Shown in pieces: positions 12,641-26,200 of a DNA stretch of 64,000 nt (its first letter is position 1; every line of letters begins with the position of its first letter). Where the stretch lies: the NCBI GenBank assembly GCA_964016885.1, contig OZ024757.1:10354001-10418000 (forward strand). Direction: 5' to 3'. The notes under the pieces were generated by a model. The model did no database searches. It had not been told where the DNA came from and was given only the letters and a program-made list of their open reading frames with translations. Origin of the DNA: Eledone cirrhosa. Its lineage: Eukaryota. Position numbers and translations under genes: made by a program.

Positions 12641-15600
12641 GTTGTGGTTAAGTTAAGTTGGGGTTAAGTTAAGTTGGGGTTAAGTTAAGTTGGGGTTAAG
12701 GTAAGTTGGGGTTAAGTTAAGTTGGGGTTAAGTTAAGTTGGGGTTAAGTTAAGTTGGGGGTAAGTTAAGTTGGGGTTAAGTTAAGTTGGGGGTAAGTTAA
12801 GTTGGGGTTAAGTTAAGTTGGGGTTAAGTTAAGGTGGGATTAGGTTAAGTTGGGGTTAAGTTAAGTTGGGGTTAAGTTAAGTTGTGGTTAAGTTAAGTTG
12901 GGGTTAAGTTAAGTTGGGGTTAAGTTAAGTTGGGGTTAAGGTAAGTTGGGGTTAAGTTAAGTTGGGGTTAAGTTAAGTTGGGGTTAAGTTAAGTTGGGGT
13001 TAACTTAAGTTGGGGTTAACTTAAGTTGGGGTTAAGTTGGGGTTAACTTAAGTTGGGGTTAAGTTGGGGTTAACTTAAGTTGGGGTTAAGTTAAGTTGGG
13101 GTTGATTTAAGTTGGGGTTGAGTTAAGTTGGAGTCGAGTTAAGTTGGGGTTGAGTTAAGTTGGGGTTAAGTTAAGTTGGGGTTAAGTTAAGTTGGAGTTA
13201 AGTTAAGTTGGGGTTAAGTTAAGTTGAGGTTAAGTTAAGTCGGACTTAAGTTAAGTTGGGGGTAAGTTAAGTTGTGGTTAAGTTAAGTTGGGGTTAAGTT
13301 GGGGTTAAGTTAAGTTGGGGTTAAGTTAAGTGGGGTTGAGTTAAGTTGGAGTTAAGTTAAGTTGGGGTTAATTTAAGTTGGGGTTAAGTTAAGTCGGGGT
13401 AAAGTTAAGTTGGGGTTAAGTTAAGTTGGGGGTAAGTTAATTTGGGGTTAAGTTAAGTTGGGGTTTAGTTAATTTGGGGTTAAGTCAAGTTGGGGTTAAG
13501 TCAAGTTGGGGTTAAGTTAAGTTGGGGTTAAGTTAAGTCGGGGTTAAGTTAAGTTGGGGTTAATTTAAGTTGGGGTAAGTTAAGTTGGGGTTAAGTTAAG
13601 TTGGGGTTTACTTAAGTTGGGGTTAAGTCAAGTTGGGGTTAAGTCAAGTTGGGGTTAAGTCAAGTTGGGGTTAAATTAAGTTGGGGTTAAGTTAAGTTGG
13701 GGTTAAATTAAGTTGGGGTTAAGTTAAGTTGGGGTTAAGTTAAGTTGGCGTTAAGTTAAGTTGGGGTTAAGTTAACTTGGGGTTAAGTTAAGTTGGGGTT
13801 AAGTTAAGTTGGGGTTAAGTCAAGTTGGGGTTAAATCAAGTTGGGGTTAACTTAAGTTTGGATTAACTTAAGTTGGGTTAAGTTAAGTTGGGGTTAAGTT
13901 GGGGTTAACTTAAGTTGGGGTTAAGTTAAGTTGGGGTTAAGTTAAGTTGGGGTTGAGTTAAGTTGGGGTTGAGTTAAGTTGGGGTTGAGTTAAGTTGGGG
14001 TTGATTTAAGTTGGGGTTGAGTTAAGTTGGGGTCGAGTTAAGTTGGGGTTGAGTTAAGTTGGGGTTGAGGTAAGTTGGGGTTAAGTTAAGTTGGGGTTAA
14101 GTTAAGTTTGGTTTAAGTTAAGTTGGGGTTAAGTTAAGTTGGGGTTAAGTTAAGTTGGGATTAGGTTAAGTTGGGGTTAAGTTAAGTTGGGGTTAATTTA
14201 AGTTGGGGTTAAGTTAAGTTGGGGTTAAGTTAAGTTGGTGTTAAGGTAAGTTGGGGTTAAGTTAAGTTGGGGTTAAGTTAAGTTGGGGTTAAGTTAAGTT
14301 GGGGTTAACTTAAGTTGGGGTTAACTTAAGTTGGGGTTAAGTTGGGGTTAACTTAAGTTGGGGTTAAGTTGGGGTTAACTTAAGTTGGGGTTAAGTTAAG
14401 TTGGGGTTGAGTTAAGTTGGGGTTGATTTAACTTGGGGTTGAGTTAAGTTGGAGTCGAGTTAAGTTGGGGTTGAGTTAAGTTGGGGTTAAATTAAGTTGG
14501 GGTTAAGTTAAGTTGAAGTTAAGTTAAGTTGGGGTTAAGTTAAGTTGGGGTTAAGTTAAGTTGGCGTTAAATTAAATTGGGGTTAAGTTAAGTTGGGGTT
14601 ACGTTAAGTTGGGGTTAAGTTAAGTTGGGGTTAAGTCAAGTTGGGGTTAAATCAAGTTGGGGTTAACTTAAGTTTGGATTAACTTAAGTTGGGTTAACTT
14701 AAGTTGGGGTTAAGTTGGGCTTAACTTAAGTTGGGGTTAAGTTGGGCTTAACTTAAGTTGGGGTTAAGTTAAGTTGGGGTTGAGTTAAGTTGGGGTTGAG
14801 TTAAGTTGGGGTTGAGTTAAGTTGGGGTTGAGTTAAGTTGGGGTCGAGTTAAGTTGGGGTTGAGTTAAGTTGGGGTTAAGTTAAGTTGGGGTTAAGTTGG
14901 GGTTAAGTTAAGTTGGGATTAGGTTAAGTTGGGGTTAAGTTAAGTTGGGGTTAAGTTAAGTCGGAGTAAAGTTAAGTTGGGGGTAAGTTAAGTTGTGGTT
15001 AAGTTAAGTTGGGGTTAAGTTGGGGTTAAGTTAAGTTGGGGTTGAGTTAAGTTGGGGTTGAATTAAGTTGGGATTGAGTTAAGTTGGAGTTAAGTTAAGT
15101 CGGGGTTAAGTTAAGTTGGGGTTAAGTTAAGTTGGGGTTACGTTAAGTTGGGGTTAAGTCAAGTTGGGGTTAAATCAAGTTGGGGTTAACTTAAGTTTGG
15201 ATTAACTTAAGTTGGGTTAACTTAAGTTGGGATTAAGTTGGGGTTAACTTAAGTTGGGGTTAAGTTAAGTTGGGGTTGAGTTAAGTTGGGGTTGAGTTAA
15301 GTTGGGGTTGAGTTAAGTTGGGGTTAATTTAAGTTGGGGTTAAGTTAAGTTGGGGTTAAGTTAAGTTGGGATTAGATTAAGTAGGAGTTAAGTTAAGTTG
15401 GGGTTAAGTTAAGTTGTGGTTAAGTTAAGTTGGGGTTAAGTTAAGTTGGGGTTAAGTTAAGTTGGGGTTAACTTAAGTTGGGGTTAAGTTAAGTTGAGGC
15501 TAAGTTAAGTTGGGGCTGAGTTAACTTGGGGTTAAGTTAAGTTGGGGTTAAGTTAAGTTGGGGTTAAGGTAAGTTGGGGTTAAGTTAAGTTGGGGTTAAG

Positions 15601-18600
15601 TTAAGTTGGGGTTAAGTTAAGTTGGGGTTAACTTAAGTTGGGGTTAACTTAAGTTGGGGTTAAGTTGGGGTTAACTTAAGTTGGGGTTAATTTAAGTTGG
15701 GGTTGAGTTAAGTTGGGGTTGATTTCAGTTTGGGTTGAGTTAAGTTGGGGTTGTGTTAAGTTGGGGTTAAGTTAAGTTGGGGTTAAGTTAAGTTGGGGTT
15801 GAGTTAAGTTGGGATCGAGGTAAGTTGGGGTTGAGTTAAGTTGGGGTTAAGTTAAGTTGGGGTTAACTTAAGTTGGGGTTAACTTAAGTTGGGGTTAAGT
15901 TAAGTTGGGGTTAAGTTAAGTTGGGGTTAAGTTAAGTTGGGGTTAAGTTAAGTTGGGGTTAAGTTAAATTGGGGTTAAGTTAAGTTGGGGTTGAGTTAAG
16001 TTAGGGTCGAGTTAAGTTGGGGTTGAGTTAATTTGGGGTTGAATTAAGTTGGGGTTAGGTTAAGTTGGGGTTAAGTTAAATTTGGTTTAAGTTAAGTTGG
16101 GGTTAAGTTGGGGTTAAGTTAAGTTGGGATTAGATTAAGTTGGGGTTAAGTTAAGTTGGGGTTGAGTTAAGTTGGGGTTAAGTTAAGTTGGCGTTAAGTT
16201 AAGTTGGGGTTAAGTTAAGTTGGGGTTAAGTTAAGTTGGGGTTAAGTTAAGTTGGGGTTAAGTTAAGTTGGGGTTAAGTTAAGTTGGAGTTAAGTTAAGT
16301 TGGGGTTAAGTCAAGTTGGGGTTGAGTTAATTTGGGGTTAAGTTAAGTTGGGGTAAAGTTAAGTTGGAGTTAAGTTAAGTTGGGGTTAAGTCAAGTTGGG
16401 GTTGAGTTAATTTGGGGTTGAATTAAGTTGGGGTTAGGTTAAGTTGGGGTTAAGTTAAGTTTGGTTTAAGTTAAGTTGGGGTTAAGTTAAGTTGGGGTTA
16501 AGTTAATTTGGGGTTAAGTTAAGTTGGGGTTGAGTTAAGTTGGGGTTGATTTAAGTTGGGGTTGAATTAAGTTGGGGTCGAGTTAAGTTGGGGTTGAGTT
16601 AAGTTGGGGTTAAGTTAAGTTGGGGTTAAGTTAAGTTGGAGTTAAGTTAAATTGGGGTTAAGTTAAGTTGGGGTTAAGTTAAGTCGGAGTAAAGTTAAGT
16701 TGGGGTTAAGTTAAGTTGGGGGTAAGTTAAGTTGTGGTTAAGTTAAGTTGGGGTTAAGTTGGGGTTAAGTTAAGTTGGGGTTGAGTTAAGTTGGGGTTGA
16801 ATTAAGTTGGGATTGAGTTAAGTTGGAGTTAAGTTAAGTTGGGGTTAAGTTAAGTTGGGGTTAAGTTAAGTTGGCGTTAAATTAAGTTGGGGTTAAGTTA
16901 AGTTGGGGTTACGTTAAGTTGGGGATAAGTTAAGTTGGGGTTAAGTCAAGTTGGGGTTAAATCAAGTTGGGGTTAACTTAAGTTTGGATTAACTTAAGTT
17001 GGGTTAACTTAAGTTGGGATTAAGTTGGGGTTAACTTAAGTTGGGGTTAAGTTAAGTTGGCGTTGAGTTAAGTTGGGGTTGAGTTAAGTTGGGGTTGAGT
17101 TAAGTTGGGGTCGAGTTAAGTTGGGGTTGATTTAAGTTGGGGTTAAGTTAAGTTGGGGTTAAGTTAAGTTGGGGTTAAGTTAAGTTGGGATTAGATTAAG
17201 TAGGAGTTAAGTTAAGTTGGGGTTAATTTAAGTTGTGGTTAAGTTAAGTTGGGGTTAAGTTAAGTTGGGGTTAAGTTAAGTTGGGGTTAACTTAAGTTGG
17301 AGTTAAGTTAAGTTGGGGTTAAGTTAAGTTGAGGCTATTTAAGTTGGGGCTGAGTTAACTTGGGGTTAAGTTAAGTTGGGGTTAAGTTAAGTTGGGGTTA
17401 AGGTAAGTTGGGGTTAAGTTAAGTTGGGGTTAAGTTAAGTTGGGGTTAAGTTAAGTTGGGGTTAACTTAAGTTGGGGTTAAGTTGGGGTTAACTTAAGTT
17501 GGGGTTAATTTAAGTTGGGGTTGAGTTAAGTTGGGGTTGATTTCAGTTTGGGTTGAGTTAAGTTGGGGTCGAGTTAAGTTGGGGTTGTGTTAAGTGGGGG
17601 TTAAGTTAAGTTGGGGTTAAGTTAAGTTGGGGTTGAGTTAAGTTGGGATCGAGGTAAGTTGGGGTTAAGTTAAGTTGGGGTTAAGTTAAGTTGTGGTTAA
17701 GTTAAGTTGGGGTTAAGTTAAGTTGGGGTTAAGTTAAGTTGGGGTTAAGGTAAGTTGGGGTTAAGTTAAGTTGGGGTTAAGTTAAGTTGGGGTTAACTTA
17801 AGTTGGGGTTAACTTAAGTTGGGGTTAAGTTGGGGTTAACTTAAGTTGGGGTTAAGTTGGGGTTAACTTAAGTTGGGGTTAAGTTAAGTTGGGGTTGATT
17901 TAAGTTGGGGTTGAGTTAAGTTGGAGTCGAGTTAAGTTGGGGTTGAGTTAAGTTGGGGTTAAGTTAAGTTGGGGTTAAGTTAAGTTGGAGTTAAGTTAAG
18001 TTGGGGTTAAGTTAAGTTGGGGTTAAGTTAAGTTGGGGGTAAGTTAAGTTGGGGTTAAGTTAAGTTGGGGTTAAGTTAAGGTGGGATTAGGTTAAGTTGG
18101 GGTTAAGTTAAGTTGGGGTTAAGTTAAGTTGTGGTTAAGTTAAGTTGGGGTTAAGTTAAGTTGGGGTTAAGTTAAGTTGGGGTTAAGGTAAGTTGGGGTT
18201 AAGTTAAGTTGGGGTTAAGTTAAGTTGGGGTTAAGTTAAGTTGGGGGTAAGTTAAGTTGGGGTTAAGTTAAGTTGGGGGTAAGTTAAGTTGGGGTTAAGT
18301 TAAGTTGGGGTTAAGTTAAGGTGGGATTAGGTTAAGTTGGGGTTAAGTTAAGTTGGGGTTAAGTTAAGTTGTGGTTAAGTTAAGTTGGGGTTAATTTAAG
18401 TTGGGGTTAAGTTAAGTTGGGGTTAAGGTAAGTTGGGGTTAAGTTAAGTTGGGGTTAAGTTAAGTTGGGGTTAAGTTAAGTTGGGGTTAACTTAAGTTGG
18501 GGTTAACTTAAGTTGGGGTTAAGTTGGGGTTAACTTAAGTTGGGGTTAAGTTGGGGTTAACTTAAGTTGGGGTTAAGTTAAGTTGGGGTTGATTTAAGTT

Positions 18601-19800
18601 GGGGTTGAGTTAAGTTGGAGTTGAGTTAAGTTGGGGTTGAGTTAAGTTGGGGTTAAGTTAAGTTGGGGTTAAGTTAAGTTGGAGTTAAGTTAAGTTGGGG
18701 TTAAGTTAAGTTGAGGTTAAGTTAAGTCGGACTTAAGTTAAGTTGGGGTTAAGTTAAGTTGGGGGTAAGTTAAGTTGTGGTTAAGTTAAGTTGGGGTTAA
18801 GTTGGGGTTAAGTTAAGTTGGGGTTAAGTTAAGTGGGGTTGAGTTAAGTTGGAGTTAAGTTAAGTTGGGGTTAATTTAAGTTGGGGTTAAGTTAAGTCGG
18901 GGTAAAGTTAAGTTGGGGTTAAGTTAAGTTGGGGGTAAGTTAATTTGGGGTTAAGTTAAGTTGGGGTTTAGTTAATTTGGGGTTAAGTCAAGTTGGGGTT
19001 AAGTCAAGTTGGGGTTAAGTTAAGTTGGGGTTAAGTTAAGTCGGGGTTAAGTTAAGTTGGGGTTAAGTTAAGTTGGGGTAAGTTAAGTTGGGGTTAAGTT
19101 AAGTTGGGGTTTACTTAAGTTGGGGTTAAGTCAAGTTGGGGTTAAGTCAAGTTGGGGTTAAATTAAGTTGGGGTTAAGTTAAGTTGGGGTTAAATTAAGT
19201 TGGGGTTAAGTTAAGTTGGGGTTAAGTTAAGTTGGCGTTAAGTTAAGTTGGGGTTAAGTTAACTTGGGGTTAAGTTAAGTTGGGGTTAAGTTAAGTTGGG
19301 GTTAAGTCAAGTTGGGGTTAAATCAAGTTGGGGTTAACTTAAGTTTGGATTAACTTAAGTTGGGTTAAGTTAAGTTGGGGTTAAGTTGGGGTTAACTTAA
19401 GTTGGGGTTAAGTTAAGTTGGGGTTAAGTTAAGTTGGGGTTGAGTTAAGTTGGGGTTGAGTTAAGTTGGGGTTGAGTTAAGTTGGGGTTGATTTAAGTTG
19501 GGGTTGAGTTAAGTTGGGGTCGAGTTAAGTTGGGGTTGAGTTAAGTTGGGGTTGAGGTAAGTTGGGGTTAAGTTAAGTTGGGGTTAAGTTAAGTTTGGTT
19601 TAAGTTAAGTTGGGGTTAAGTTAAGTTGGGGTTAAGTTAAGTTGGGATTAGGTTAAGTTGGGGTTAAGTTAAGTTGGGGTTAAGTTAAGTTGTGGTTAAT
19701 TTAAGTTGGGGTTAAGTTAAGTTGGGGTTAAGTTAAGTTGGTGTTAAGGTAAGTTGGGGTTAAGTTAAGTTGGGGTTAAGTTAAGTTGGGGTTAAGTTAA
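8860..19800 (+). repeat. Two copies of a ~5.4-5.5-kb higher-order unit (~8860-14300 / ~14300-19800)
   Basis: TGAAG 9086/14514 (5,428); TAGGGTCGAG 10579/16002 (5,423); AGGTGGGAT 12592/18079 and CGGACT 13241/18728 (both 5,487). Confidence 0.87.
12530..13000 (+). repeat. Local 240-bp (15-monomer) tandem duplication, also present in the next unit at ~18020-18490
   Basis: Lines starting 12541 and 12781 are identical, as are 18061 and 18301; AGGTGGGATTAGG at 12592/12832 and 18079/18319. Confidence 0.9.
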
Positions 19801-22800
19801 GTTGGGGTTAACTTAAGTTGGGGTTAACTTAAGTTGGGGTTAAGTTGGGGTTAACTTAAGTTGGGGTTAAGTTGGGGTTAACTTAAGTTGGGGTTAAGTT
19901 AAGTTGGGGTTGAGTTAAGTTGGGGTTGATTTAAGTTGGGGTTGAGTTAAGTTGGAGTCGAGTTAAGTTGGGGTTGAGTTAAGTTGGGGTTAAATTAAGT
20001 TGGCGTTAAGTTAAGTTGGAGTTAAGTTAAGTTGGGGTTAAGTTAAGTTGGGGTTAAGTTAAGTTGGCGTTAAATTAAATTGGGGTTAAGTTAAGTTGGG
20101 GTTACGTTAAGTTGGGGTTAAGTTAAGTTGGGGTTAAGTCAAGTTGGGGTTAAATCAAGTTGGGGTTAACTTAAGTTTGGATCAACTTAAGTTGGGTTAA
20201 CTTAAGTTGGGGTTAAGTTGGGCTTAACTTAAGTTGGGGTTAAGTTAAGTTGGGGTTGAGTTAAGTTGGGGTTGAGTTAAGTTGGGGTTGAGTTAAGTTG
20301 GGGTTGAGTTAAGTTGGGGTCGAGTTAAGTTGGGGTTGAGTTAAGTTGGGGTTAAGTTAAGTTGGGGTTAAGTTAAGTTGGGATTAGGTTAAGTTGGGGT
20401 TAAGTTAAGTTGGGGTTAAGTTAAGTCGGAGTAAAGTTAAGTTGGGGTTAAGTTAAGTTGGGGGTAAGTTAAGTTGTGGTTAAGTTAAGTTGGGGTTAAG
20501 TTGGGGTTAAGTTAAGTTGGGGTTGAGTTAAGTTGGGGTTGAATTAAGTTGGGATTGAGTTAAGTTGGAGTTAAGTTAAGTTGGGGTTAAGTTAAGTTGG
20601 GGTTAAGTTAAGTTGGCGTTAAATTAAGTTGGGGTTAAGTTAAGTTGGGGTTACGTTAAGTTGGGGTTAAGTTAAGTTGGGGTTAAGTCAAGTTGGGGTT
20701 AAATCAAGTTGGGGTTAACTTAAGTTTGGATTAACTTAAGTTGGGTTAACTTAAGTTGGGATTAAGTTGGGGTTAACTTAAGTTGGGGTTAAGTTAAGTT
20801 GGGGTTGAGTTAAGTTGGGGTTGAGTTAAGTTGGGGTTGAGTTAAGTTGGGGTTAAGTTAAGTTGGGGTTAAGTTAAGTTGGGGTTAAGTTAAGTTGGGA
20901 TTAGATTAAGTAGGAGTTAAGTTAAGTTGGGGTTAAGTTAAGTTGTGGTTAAGTTAAGTTGGGGTTAAGTTAAGTTGGGGTTAAGTTAAGTTGGGGTTAA
21001 CTTAAGTTGGAGTTAAGTTAAGTTGGGGTTAAGTTAAGTTGAGGCTAAGTTAAGTTGGGGCTGAGTTAAATTGGGGTTAAGTTAAGTTGGGGTTAAGTTA
21101 AGTTGGGGTTAAGGTAAGTTGGGGTTAATTTAAGTTGGGGTTAAGTTAAGTTGGGGTTAAGTTAAGTTGGGGTTAACTTAAGTTGGGGTTAACTTAAGTT
21201 GGGGTTAAGTTGGGGTTAACTTAAGTTGGGGTTAAGTTAAGTTGGGGTTGAGTTAAGTTGGAGTTAAGTTAAGTTGGGGTTAATTTAAGTTGGGGTTAAG
21301 TTAAGTCGGGGTAAAGTTAAGTTGGGGTTAAGTTAAGTTGGGGGTAAGTTAATTTGGGGTTAAGTTAAGTTGGGGTTTAGTTAATTTGGGGTTAAGTCAA
21401 GTTGGGGTTAAGTCAAGTTGGGGTTAAGTTAAGTTGGGGTTAAGTTAAGTCGGGGTTAAGTTAAGTTGGGGTTAAGTTAAGTTGGGGTAAGTTAACTGGG
21501 GTTAAGTTAAGTTGGGGTTTACTTAAGTTGGGGTTAAGTCAAGTTGGGGTTAAGTCAAGTTGGGGTTAAGTCAAGTTGGGGTTAAGTTCAGTTGGGGTTA
21601 AGTTAAGTTGGGGTTAAATTAAGTTGGGGTTAAGTTAAGTTGGGGTTAAGTTAAGTTGGCGTTAAGTTAAGTTGGGGTTAAGTTAACTTGGGGTTAAGTT
21701 AAGTTGGGGTTAAGTTAAGTTGGGGTTAAGTCAAGTTGGGGTTAAATCAAGTTGGGGTTAACTTAAGTTTGGATTAACTTAAGTTGGGTTAACTTAAGTT
21801 GGGGTTAAGTTGGGGTTAACTTAAGTTGGGGTTAAGTTAAGTTGGGGTTAAGTTAAGTTGGGGTTGAGTTAAGTTGGGGTTGAGTTAAGTTGGGGTTGAG
21901 TTAAGTTGGGGTTGATTTAAGTTGGGGTTGAGTTAAGTTGGGGTCGAGTTAAGTTGGGGTTGAGTTAAGTTGGGGTTAAGTTAAGTTGGGGTTAAGTTAA
22001 GTTGGGGTTAAGTTAAGTTTGGTTTAAGTTAAGTTGGGGTTAAGTTAAGTTGGGGTTAAGTTAAGTTGGGATTAGGTTAAGTTGGGGTTAAGTTAAGTTG
22101 GGGTTAAGTTAAGTTGTGGTTAAGTTAAGTTGGGGTTAAGTTAAGTTGGGGTTAAGTTAAGTTGGGGTTTAGTTAATTTGGGGTTAAGTTAAGTTGGGGT
22201 TAAGTTAAGTTGGGGTTAAGTTAAGTTGGGGTTAACTTAAGTTGGGGTTAACTTAAGTTGGGGTTAAGTTGGGGTTAACTTAAGTTGGGGTTAAGTTGGG
22301 GTTAACTTAAGTTGGGGTTAAGTTAAGTTGGGGTTGAGTTAAGTTGGGGTTGATTTAATTTGGGGTTGAGATAAGTTGGAGTCGAGTTAAGTTGGGGTTG
22401 AGTTAAGTTGGGGTTAAGTTAAGTTGGGGTTAAGTTAAGTTGGAGTTAAGTTAAGTTGGGGTTAAGTTAAGTTGGGGTTAAGTTAAGTCGGAGTTAAGTT
22501 AAGTTGGGGTTAAGTTAAGTTGGGGGTAAGTTAAGTTGTGGTTGAGTTAAGTTGGGGTTGAATTAAGTTGGGGTTGAGTTGGGGTTAAGTTAAGTTGGGG
22601 TTAAGTTAAGTTGGGGTTGAGTTAAGTTGGGGTTGAATTAAGTTGGGGTTGAGTTAAGTTGGAGTTAAGTTCAGTTGGGGTTAAGTTAAGTTGGGGTTAC
22701 GTTAAGTCGGGGTTAAGTTAAGTTGGGGTTAAGTTAAGTTGGGGGTAAGTTAAGTTGGGGTTAAGTTAAGTTGGGGTTTAGTTAAGTTGGGGTTAAGTTA

Positions 22801-23249
22801 AGTTGGCGTTAAGTTAAGTTGGGGTTAAGTTAAGTTGGCGTTAAATTAAGTTGGGGTTAAGTTAAGTTGGGGTTACGTTAAGTTGGGGATAAGTTAAGTT
22901 GGGGTTAAGTCAAGTTGGGGTTAAATCAAGTTGGGGTTAACTTAAGTTTGGATTAACTTAAGTTGGGTTAACTTAAGTTGGGATTAAGTTGGGGTTAACT
23001 TAAGTTGGGGTTAAGTTAAGTTGGCGTTGAGTTAAGTTGGGGTTGAGTTAAGTTGGGGTTGAGTTAAGTTGGGGTTGAGTTAAGTTGGGGTCGAGTTAAG
23101 TTGGGGTTGATTTAAGTTGGGGTTAAGTTAAGTTGGGGTTAAGTTAAGTTGGGGTTAAGTTAAGTTGGGATTAGATTAAGTAGGAGTTAAGTTAAGTTGG
23201 GGTTAAGTTAAGTTGTGGTTAAGTTAAGTTGGGGTTAAGTTAAGTTGGG

Positions 23250-26200
23250 GTTAAGTTAAGTTGGGGTTAACTTAAGTTGGAGTTAAGTTAAGTTGGGGTT
23301 AAGTTAAGTTGAGGCTAAGTTAAGTTGGGGCTGAGTTAACTTGGGGTGAAGTTAAGTTGGGGTTAAGTTAAGTTAGGGTTAAGGTAAGTTGGGGTTAAGT
23401 TAAGTTGGGGTTAAGTTAAGTTGGGGTTAAGTTAAGTTGGGGTTAACTTAAGTTGGGGTTAAGTTGGGGTTAACTTAAGTTGGGGTTAATTTAAGTTGGG
23501 GTTGAGTTAAGTTGGGGTTGATTTCAGTTTGGGTTGAGTTAAGTTGGGGTCGAGTTAAGTTGGGGTTGTGTTAAGTGGGGGTTAAGTTAAGTTGGGGTTA
23601 AGTTAAGTTGGGGTTGAGTTAAGTTGGGATCGAGGTAAGTTGGGGTTGAGTTAAGTTGGGGTTAAGTTAAGTTTGGTTTAAGTTAAGTTGGGGTTAAGTT
23701 AAGTTGGGGTTAAGTTAAGGTGGGATTAGGTTAAGTTGGGGTTAAGTTAAGTTGGGGTTAAGTTAAGTTGTAGTTAAGTTAAGTTGGGGTTAAGTTAAGT
23801 TGGGGTTAAGTTAAGTTGGGGTTAAGGTAAGTTGGGGTTAAGTTAAGTTGGGGTTAAGTTAAGTTGGGGTTAAGTTAAGTTGGGGTTAACTTAAGTTGGG
23901 GTTAACTTAAGTTGGGGTTAAGTTGGGGTTTACTTAAGTTGGGGTTAAGTTGGGGTTAACTTAAGTTGGGGTTAAGTTAAGTTGGAGTCGAGTTAAGTTG
24001 GGGTTGAGTTAAGTTGGGGTTAAGTTAAGTTGGGGTTAAGTTAAGTTGGAGTTAAGTTAAGTTGGGGTTAAGTTAAGTTGGGGTTAAGTTAAGTCGGAGT
24101 TAAGTTAAGTTGGGGTTAAGTTAAGTTGGGGGTAAGTTAAGTTGTGGTTAAGTTAAGTTGGGGTTAAGTTGGGGTTAAGTTAAGTTGGGGTTAAGTTAAG
24201 TGGGGTTGAGTTAAGTTGGAGTTAAGTTAAGTTGGGGTTAATTTAAGTTGGGGTTAAGTTAAGTCGGGGTAAAGTTAAGTTGGGGTTAAGTTAAGTTGGG
24301 GGTAAGTTAATTTGTGGTTAAGTTAAGTTGGGGTTTAGTTAATTTGGGGTTAAGTCAAGTTGGGGTTAAGTCAAGTTGGGGTTAAGTTAAGTTGGGCTTA
24401 AGTTAAGTCGGGGTTAAGTTAAGTTGGGGTTAAGTTAAGTTGGGGTAAGTTAAGTTGGGGTTAAGTTAAGTTGGGGTTTACTTAAGTTGGGGTTAAGTCA
24501 AGTTGGGGTTAAGTCAAGTTGGGGTTAAGTCAAGTTGGGCTTAAGTTAAGTTGGGGTTGAGTTAAGTTGGGGTTGATTTAAGTTGGGGTTGAGTTAAGTT
24601 GGGGTCGAGTTAAGTTGGGGTTGAGTTAAGTTGGGGTTGAGGTAAGTTGGGGTTAAGTTAAGTTGGGGTTAAGTTAAGTTTGGTTTAAGTTAAGTTGGGG
24701 TTAAGTTAAGTTGGGGTTAAGTTAAGTTGGGATTAGGTTAAGTTGGGGTTAAGTTAAGTTGGGGTTAAGTTAAGTTGGGGTTAAGTTAAGTTGTGGTTAA
24801 TTTAAGTTGGGGTGAAGTTAAGTTGGGGTTAAGTTAAGTTGGTGTTAAGGTAAGTTGGGGTTAAGTTAAGTTGGGGTTAAGTTAAGTTGGGGTTAAGTTA
24901 AGTTGGGGTTAACTTAAGTTGGGGTTAACTTAAGTTGGGGTTAAGTTGGGGTTAACTTAAGTTGGGGTTAAGTTGGGGTTAACTTAAGTTGGGGTTAAGT
25001 TAAGTTGGGGTTGAGTTAAGTTGGGGTTGATTTAAGTTGGGGTTGAGTTAAGTTGGAGTCGAGTTAAGTTGGGGTTGAGTTAAGTTGGGGTTAAATTAAG
25101 TTGGGGTTAAGTTAAGTTGGAGTTAAGTTAAGTTGGGGTTAAGTTAAGTTGGGGTTAAGTTAAGTTGGCGTTAAATTAAATTGGGGTTAAGTTAAGTTGG
25201 GGTTACGTTAAGTTGGGGTTAAGTTAAGTTGGGGTTAAGTCAAGTTGGGGTTAAATCAAGTTGGGGTTAACTTAAGTTTGTATTAACTTAAGTTGGGTTA
25301 ACTTAAGTTGGGGTTAAGTTGGGCTTAACTTAAGTTGGGGTTAAGTTAAGTTGGGGTTGAGTTAAGTTGGGGTTGAGTTAAGTTGGGGTTGAGTTAAGTT
25401 GGGGTTAAGTTAAGTTGGGGTTAAGTTAAGTTGGGGTTAAGTTAAGTTGGGATTAGATTAAGTAGGAGTTAAGTTAAGTTGGGGTTAAGTTAAGTCGGAG
25501 TAAAGTTAAGTTGGGGTTAAGTTAAGTTGGGGGTAATTTAAGTTGTGGTTAAGTTAAGTTGGGGTTAAGTTGGGGTTAAGTTAAGTTGGGGTTGAGTTAA
25601 GTTGGGGTTGAATTAAGTTGGGATTGAGTTAAGTTGGAGTTAAGTTAAGTTGGGGTTAAGTTAAGTTGGGGTTAAGTTAAGTTGGCGTTAAATTAAGTTG
25701 GGGTTAAGTTAAGTTAGGGTTACGTTAAGTTGGGGTTAAGTTAAGTTGGGGTTAAGTCAAGTTGGGGTTAAATCAAGTTGGGGTTAACTTAAGTTTGGAT
25801 TAACTTAAGTTGGGTTAACTTAAGTTGGGATTAAGTTGGGGTTAACTTAAGTTGGGGTTAAGTTAAGTTGGGGTTGAGTTAAGTTGGGGTTGAGTTAAGT
25901 TGGGGTTGAGTTAAGTTGGGGTTAAGTTAAGTTGGGGTTAAGTTAAGTTGGGGTTAAGTTAAGTTGGGATTAGATTAAGTAGGAGTTAAGTTAAGTTGGG
26001 GTTAAGTTAAGTTGTGGTTAAGTTATGTTGGGGTTAAGTTAAGTTGGGGTTAAGTTAAGTTGGGGTTAACTTAAGTTGGAGTTAAGTTAAGTTGGGGTTA
26101 AGTTAAGTTGAGGCTAAGTTAAGTTGGGGCTGAGTTAACTTGGGGTTAAGTTAAGTTGGGGTTAAGTTAAGTTGGGGTTAAGGTAAGTTGGGGTTAAGTT

